DNA of 12,252 nt from Candidatus Rifleibacteriota bacterium. GTDB taxonomy: Bacteria > Muiribacteriota > Ozemobacteria > Ozemobacterales > Ozemobacteraceae. The stretch is taken from NCBI GenBank assembly GCA_051747585.1, contig JBNJGH010000100.1, forward strand, positions 1-12,252, read 5' to 3'. Shown here piece after piece: positions 7,871 through 12,252 of this stretch; within the stretch, counting starts at the first letter, position 1; each line of letters opens with the position of its first letter. The notes beneath the pieces are model-generated. The model worked only from the letters and a program-made list of their open reading frames with translations, did not search any database and was not told where the DNA came from. A program made the translations under genes and the position numbers.

Positions 7871-9494
7871 AAAGTTGATTCCAATGACTGGAAAGCAATT
7901 GATTACACTGATTGCAGCTTTTCTTGCAGCAGTCACCTTTGGTTTTTTAGGAGAAATTGAAACTGGACGTTCACCAAAAATACTTGATCGTAAAGGTGTC
8001 GGGCAGGAAATTTCACGTATAATTAGAACGCTAAGACCGGTTTTAAAACCAGATATTGAAAGTAAGCTGGCGGGAAATTTTCTCGGCCATGCTCCAGAAA
8101 AAATAATACTTGCCGCACAGGCGGGAATAATAAAAAAATTCCCTGATGGTGCCTGGAAACTTGATGCAAATGTTACCTGGGGTGAATCTGTTCATTATTT
8201 AGCTGAAGTAGTTAGATTTATAAATAAAAACCTACGCTATAAACAAAACAAAATTGAAATAAATCTAACAGAGTCTAAGAACAAATGGCTTGCTTCAGAC
8301 TTAAAAATTTTGTCTGAAATCGGAGTTTTAAACTCTTTTGCCAATATAAATAAACATCCTGAAAGCAGCATTGATATATCTGAATTAAGAAAAATATCCT
8401 CCGACATCATTTCCTATTTTTCATCGAAGATATTCATACTTCAAAAAAATGAAGGTAAACTTAAAATTACTTCTAAAGGTGTGTTTAAGCCTCTCTCATT
8501 AGAAAACTGGCAGCTTTCTTTTGACAATAAAAAATGGTATAAGCTTCCAAAAGATGGTTCTTTGCCTATACTCGAAGATGTTAGAATTATGACCTTGTAT
8601 TTTCGTCATTCTGACTTTTTGATTGTTGGGCCGGTAAAAATTCCTACTTTTCGACCGATGACAGCTTTTATAAAAGTAAGAACCAATTATAGAAAATTTG
8701 TTCGAAATCGCCTTGAAACAATGAACGCCCCTGAAACTTCAAACGAAAAAATTGACTTAAAAAGGATTAAGAAGCGATTATATGAACTAAAAAAACAACG
8801 AGGAATAATAGAACCGAAGGTTGCTTCTAAAATTAATCTTGTGCCTGTTACAGCATCCAATGTTGAAGACGTTTCAAGCAAAGCTGAAGAAAAACAGGAT
8901 AAAAAACAAAAAAATTTACCTGATATTAAAAATTACCAACTTAAAGAAGAAAAAAACAATTACTCAAATAGTAATAAATCTAAACAGACTGAAAACAAGA
9001 TAACAGTCAAGGGAAGGGTTTTTGACGGACTGAATAACAAGCCTTTGAATTCTGCGATGGTTCTTGCTGATAAAAAGACAATCAGTTTAAACGAAGAGGG
9101 GTTATTCAGCTTAAAAGCAGACAAAAATGATGTAATTAAGTTTACTGCCTATTGTGAAGGTTATAAAGTACTTGAAATGAAACACCGGGTTACCCGAAAA
9201 GATAAACCTCTCAATATTCCATTAAAACCTGAACTCACAATGTTTTCGGGAAGAGTTTTAAGCATGAACAACAATAATCCGGTGGTTGGAGCAATAATAA
9301 AAATAAAAGAAAAAACAGCAAAATCAAATGCCCATGGTATTTTTACTATTAGAGGTATTAAACCCGGTTACCACCAGATTTCTTGCTCAGCCAGAAATTA
9401 TCTTGAAGCTCATGAAATTATTTTTGTAAGCAAGAATCAGAAAAATCTTTACCGTTTAAAAATTCGCAAGGCTTTTTCCCGGGAACTGGATTAA
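7854..9494 (+). CDS. Exported/membrane-anchored protein with two SLH-like repeats and two carboxypeptidase-regulatory-like (CarboxypepD_reg) domains
   Basis: Hydrophobic N-terminus; AAQAGIIKKFPDGAWKLDANVTWGESVHYL and KWLASDLKILSEIGVL resemble SLH repeats; VKGRVFDGLNNKPLNSAMV...EEGLFSL and FSGRVLS...PVVGAIIKI...SNAHGIFTIRGIKPGYHQISCSARNY match the CarboxypepD_reg pattern. Start is either GTG 7854 or ATG 7884. Confidence 0.8.
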   Translation: MTKKIKKLIPMTGKQLITLIAAFLAAVTFGFLGEIETGRSPKILDRKGVGQEISRIIRTLRPVLKPDIESKLAGNFLGHAPEKIILAAQAGIIKKFPDGAWKLDANVTWGESVHYLAEVVRFINKNLRYKQNKIEINLTESKNKWLASDLKILSEIGVLNSFANINKHPESSIDISELRKISSDIISYFSSKIFILQKNEGKLKITSKGVFKPLSLENWQLSFDNKKWYKLPKDGSLPILEDVRIMTLYFRHSDFLIVGPVKIPTFRPMTAFIKVRTNYRKFVRNRLETMNAPETSNEKIDLKRIKKRLYELKKQRGIIEPKVASKINLVPVTASNVEDVSSKAEEKQDKKQKNLPDIKNYQLKEEKNNYSNSNKSKQTENKITVKGRVFDGLNNKPLNSAMVLADKKTISLNEEGLFSLKADKNDVIKFTAYCEGYKVLEMKHRVTRKDKPLNIPLKPELTMFSGRVLSMNNNNPVVGAIIKIKEKTAKSNAHGIFTIRGIKPGYHQISCSARNYLEAHEIIFVSKNQKNLYRLKIRKAFSRELD

Positions 9495-9499
9495 TTAAT

Positions 9500-10405
9500 T
9501 TACTCGATAGCTTGAAGCTCTTCGATAACTGAAACAAGATTAGCGAAGGATTCAATTCGACTTGGATAGCTAACTCTTGCAGAACCGACATTAACCTTTT
9601 CTGTCTCTAAACCAAGCTTTCTTTTTATTCGATTAATTGATTTCATTAGTTCGCCATTATTAATAAAACCGGAACTCGAAATTTTCCAGACAAAATAATT
9701 TTCGGGCAAAGCAAGAACTTTTTCGAGTTGATTTAATGTGCTATTCCATTCTGACCAGCTTAATCGATCGTAAGGACGAAATTTCAAACCCCGTGTGCCG
9801 CAGTCCAAGCCTATGTCAAATAGTGGTTTTATTGCTTTGTAAGCAGGATGATCGAGGGGAATATCACAAAATACAAAAGGAGAGATATTTTTATCGTCCT
9901 TTTTAACGACTACTTCAGGACATTCAAAGTAGGGATTGGGAAAAAGACTGATACTGGTGTCGCGAAGCCGTGAGCGAATGGCGTTTTGTAATTTCAATAG
10001 TTTATTAAGATCAAATTCGGAAGAAATTGATGGGGTATCATTAGTTACTTTGGCAAATAAAAAATCAAGTTCTTCACCTGGAATTTGAAGCTTTTCTGTA
10101 AAATAGCTTTTTGCCTCGCCCCATTTAACAACTTCTTGATTGCTTTGCCAAATAAAGTCTTTTCCTGGAATCGAAAAAACCAGGAATCCCATAACTGTAA
10201 TAACTCCAACTAATTTTGCAGTTTTAAAAAGAATTAAGTCTTTTTTTGCTTTAAGCTGTTTTTTTATCCAGGTAATGACAAATTTTCCGTATTTGCCGGA
10301 CTCTGAAAGAGCCAGATTTAAACCACATTTTCCACAAAATCTGGCATAAGAAAAATTTAATGAACCACAGTTTGGGCATAGGTTATTTTTATTCGTGGTC
10401 TTCAT
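9500..10405 (-). CDS. Zinc-ribbon / single TM / SLH-domain protein
   Basis: CPNCGSLNFSYARFCGKCG zinc ribbon (10322-10378), TM LVGVITVMGFLVFSIPG, SLH-like FCDIPLDHPAYKAIKPLFDIGLDCG...FRPYDRLSWSE. ATG at 10405 preferred over TTG at 10423. Confidence 0.82.
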   Translation of the reverse strand: MKTTNKNNLCPNCGSLNFSYARFCGKCGLNLALSESGKYGKFVITWIKKQLKAKKDLILFKTAKLVGVITVMGFLVFSIPGKDFIWQSNQEVVKWGEAKSYFTEKLQIPGEELDFLFAKVTNDTPSISSEFDLNKLLKLQNAIRSRLRDTSISLFPNPYFECPEVVVKKDDKNISPFVFCDIPLDHPAYKAIKPLFDIGLDCGTRGLKFRPYDRLSWSEWNSTLNQLEKVLALPENYFVWKISSSGFINNGELMKSINRIKRKLGLETEKVNVGSARVSYPSRIESFANLVSVIEELQAIE

Positions 10406-10413
10406 TATAAGCA

Positions 10414-10440
10414 CTATCGGCAAAAGTTTTAATCTTTTTC
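10414..10440 (-). promoter_or_regulatory. Putative sigma28-like promoter for the zinc-ribbon/SLH gene
   Basis: Minus strand GAAA-N15-GCCGATAG versus consensus TAAA-N15-GCCGATAA; 8 nt upstream of ATG 10405. Confidence 0.4.
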
Positions 10441-10453
10441 ACTTACAGAATGC

Positions 10454-10481
10454 TTGTTGAAATAAAAAAATCTGTTATTAT
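10454..10481 (+). promoter_or_regulatory. Putative sigma70 promoter with extended -10 for the pilin pair
   Basis: TTGTTG (10454-10459), 16-nt spacer, TG-n-TATTAT (TG 10473-10474; hexamer 10476-10481); ATG begins 7 nt after the hexamer end. Confidence 0.55.
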
Positions 10482-10487
10482 CAGTAT

Positions 10488-10970
10488 ATGCTCTTAAACT
10501 CCAAAGGTTTCAGTCTAATAGAGCTTGTAACAGTGCTAGCAATATTACTGGCTCTTTCTTATTTTGCTTTGCCTTCTATGGAGCTGACCTTTGTAAGAAG
10601 CAGAGAAAAATTGCTGCATCAGCGATTAACCGAAATTAGATCGGCAATAGATAAATTCACTGCCTCAAGAAATGACGCTGGGGGCTCTGTTTTTCCGCCT
10701 TCGGTTGCCAGTCTTGGAGTCAAAATCCCTGATTCACTTTTAAAAATTGAAGCCAATTCAGGGCCCTTTCTTGATATTAACTCAATTGGAAATCCTTTTA
10801 CAGATGGTGGAGAAAGCTTCCTTTGGGATATCAGAAGCGCTGATGGAACATGGCATTTGGACCAAAACAATCCCAGGGCCCAGCTTGATGTGTACGATGT
10901 CAGATTCCCGAAAAACGGTGTTGGCGGTTGGAAAAAAGCAATGGATGGTACCCTTTATGAAAAATGGTAA
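10488..10970 (+). CDS. Type II secretion/type IV (pseudo)pilin, PulG-like
   Basis: Class III signal KG|FSLIEL with Glu at +5 and hydrophobic helix; RSREKLLHQRLTEIRSAIDKF, FPPSVASL, WDIRS, DVYDVR and C-terminal AMDGTLYEKW. Confidence 0.9.
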   Translation: MLLNSKGFSLIELVTVLAILLALSYFALPSMELTFVRSREKLLHQRLTEIRSAIDKFTASRNDAGGSVFPPSVASLGVKIPDSLLKIEANSGPFLDINSIGNPFTDGGESFLWDIRSADGTWHLDQNNPRAQLDVYDVRFPKNGVGGWKKAMDGTLYEKW

Positions 10971-11304
10971 AAATGGATTCACACTTCTGGAATTAATATT
11001 GGTTATAGGCATAATAGCTGCTCTTGTTGGCCTGGCCATGCCTTATTATCAGGATTATGTCGGGCAAAGTAAAAATGCTGTCATGCGTTCAAATTTACAT
11101 ATTTTAAAAAAAGCTTTGATGAATTATAAAGCTGATAAAGGCAGTTATCCTTTAACTGATGAAATCAAAGCAGAACTGGTTCCAAAATATATAATGGAGT
11201 TTCCAACCGACCCTGAAGCGGGTGCTCCGGCAACTTGGGGCTATACCTTTCCCGGAGTTTCCGACCCGGAAATGTATGATCTGGATTCCAAATATAACTT
11301 TTAA
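10957..11304 (+). CDS. gspG: Short GspG/OxpG-like pseudopilin (115 aa)
   Basis: Class III signal NG|FTLLEL; SKNAVMRSNLHILKKALMNYKADKGSYP, KYIMEFPTDP, WGYTFPG. True start is ATG 10957 (14-nt overlap with previous pilin), not the 10747 start of the ORF track. Confidence 0.88.
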   Translation: MKNGKNGFTLLELILVIGIIAALVGLAMPYYQDYVGQSKNAVMRSNLHILKKALMNYKADKGSYPLTDEIKAELVPKYIMEFPTDPEAGAPATWGYTFPGVSDPEMYDLDSKYNF

Positions 11305-12020
11305 TTGAAACCGGGCAAATCACTCAAACTTGTATCTACGCCGGGGTTGCCACTATATTTCAAGCCACCAGTAGACAAAAGCTTTTCTGCAAGATTTTGA
11401 TTTTCATAAATTATGGTTTCATGATCTTTCCAGGGATAAAAAGTTATACTTAAAATGTTCTGCAACGATAAGTTCTGCCAGAATTTAATGCAAAGCCAAT
11501 AACTCCCCTTAAACTCTTTAATGAAGCGTTTGCCTTCAAGGTTTTTTACAAGAAATCTTTTTAAGCCCGACTGGAAAAATATTATCTCTTTGCATTTGAA
11601 ATCTGAATTAGCATCAAGGAAAAAAGCAATTCTTAAACTTTCTTTTTCTGAAGTAATAAATAATGTTTTTTCTGATATTTTAAGTTTATCAGGCAATTCT
11701 TCCCCTTTTTCTCTGCATAACCAGGGTTTAGAGGTAATCCAGTTTCCGGTAAAATTTTTCAAAAAAAATCCTGCTAACTGGGTGGTTGATGATCTGCAGA
11801 ACCATACAATATTTGTAATCTGATCAGGAACAAAAATTTTTGATGCTATATCGATCTCTGCCAGAGGAATAAGTGGGCCGGATAAATCTAATTCTACATC
11901 AAAAATTGGAACCCAATCATGATCTGCAAGATCGCAGCCTTCGGTTTGGTGTGCCGGCAAAAGAAAGAATACAATCAGAACATAACATAAAATTTTAACT
12001 TTAATTTTATTTTCTATCAT
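11301..12020 (-). CDS. Hypothetical protein, probably exported
   Basis: 239-aa ORF filling the space between the pilin and the next divergent gene; basic N-terminus followed by hydrophobic ILCYVLIVFFLLPA; no family motif recognised. Confidence 0.7.
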   Translation of the reverse strand: MIENKIKVKILCYVLIVFFLLPAHQTEGCDLADHDWVPIFDVELDLSGPLIPLAEIDIASKIFVPDQITNIVWFCRSSTTQLAGFFLKNFTGNWITSKPWLCREKGEELPDKLKISEKTLFITSEKESLRIAFFLDANSDFKCKEIIFFQSGLKRFLVKNLEGKRFIKEFKGSYWLCIKFWQNLSLQNILSITFYPWKDHETIIYENQNLAEKLLSTGGLKYSGNPGVDTSLSDLPGFN

Positions 12021-12122
12021 TTCGTTGGTTAAATTCCAGCAAATTGTTTACTTAACAGATATTAAAATATAACATGTTTTCAGATTAAATGAGCTATACA
12101 AAAGATAAAGTTTGGAGTCACC

Positions 12123-12252
12123 ATGTATAAGCAGGAAATAGTTGAATTTGCTTGCATAATTAAGCAAAACGAAATATTGATGGGAGAATTATATTCAATT
12201 TGCCAGAATTTATTTCCCAATTTCAAAGATGATTTTCAAGAGTTAGAGCAGG
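12123..12252 (+). CDS. Partial CDS, probable ferritin-like/rubrerythrin-family protein (runs off right edge)
   Basis: GGAG at 12114-12117, ATG at 12123, open to the end: MYKQEIVEFACIIKQNEILMGELYSICQNLFPNFKDDFQELEQ; the E-x6-Y ... F..L..(EE..H expected next) pattern resembles the first helix pair of rubrerythrin-like proteins. Only 43 codons visible. Confidence 0.55.
   Translation, partial: MYKQEIVEFACIIKQNEILMGELYSICQNLFPNFKDDFQELEQ

Noticed and set aside
10406..10423. TTG start at 10423 for the zinc-ribbon gene
   Set aside because: No SD; it overlaps the candidate promoter element, and the in-frame ATG at 10405 gives a typical short lead into the ribbon. Not fully excluded.
10747..10956. 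N-terminal 70-codon extension of the second pilin in the ORF track
   Set aside because: Lies inside the first pilin gene in another frame; the class III signal begins at ATG 10957.
10960..10976. Direct repeat AAAAATGG-T-AAAAATGG at the pilin junction
   Set aside because: Only 8 nt; explained by KNGKNG coding and the overlapping stop/start.
5908..11823. Short ORFs 5908-6117, 6607-6873, 7559-7936, 8687-8881, 8821-9003, 10140-10349, 10619-10870, 10782-11039, 11521-11823
   Set aside because: Antisense or off-frame to longer genes with recognisable features; no independent evidence.
11930..12020. Lipoprotein call for the 239-aa hypothetical protein (EGC at residues 27-29)
   Set aside because: Residues before the Cys (HQTEG) are polar and do not match the L-[AS]-[GA]-C lipobox.
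1..12252. CRISPR arrays, tRNA/rRNA genes, IS elements, long repeats, intrinsic terminators
   Set aside because: None seen; the window is almost fully coding, with three short divergent spacers and no convincing GC-rich hairpin followed by a U-tract.

Overview
AT-rich bacterial DNA carrying a type IV filament (T2SS/type IV pilus superfamily) gene cluster split over several transcription units. A leftward, translationally coupled operon encodes a GspE/PilB ATPase, PilM-, PilN- and PilO-like proteins, a membrane-anchored PilP/GspC-like protein and a GspF/PilC platform protein that runs off the left edge and is missing from the ORF track. Divergently, an AMIN-domain secretin is followed by a protein with two SLH-like repeats and two CarboxypepD_reg-like beta domains. 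Convergent to that is a zinc-ribbon/TM/SLH protein, then a divergent pair of GspG/PulG/OxpG-type (pseudo)pilins, a convergent exported hypothetical protein and the start of a probable ferritin-like gene. Points of interest: two SLH proteins embedded between secretin and pilins, both with Trp replacing the Arg of the SLH TRAE motif; a degenerate MshEN c-di-GMP motif on the ATPase; degenerate nucleotide motifs in PilM; three sigma28-like -10 elements; and an apparently leaderless pilin mRNA. All calls are from motif reading by eye; no searches were run.
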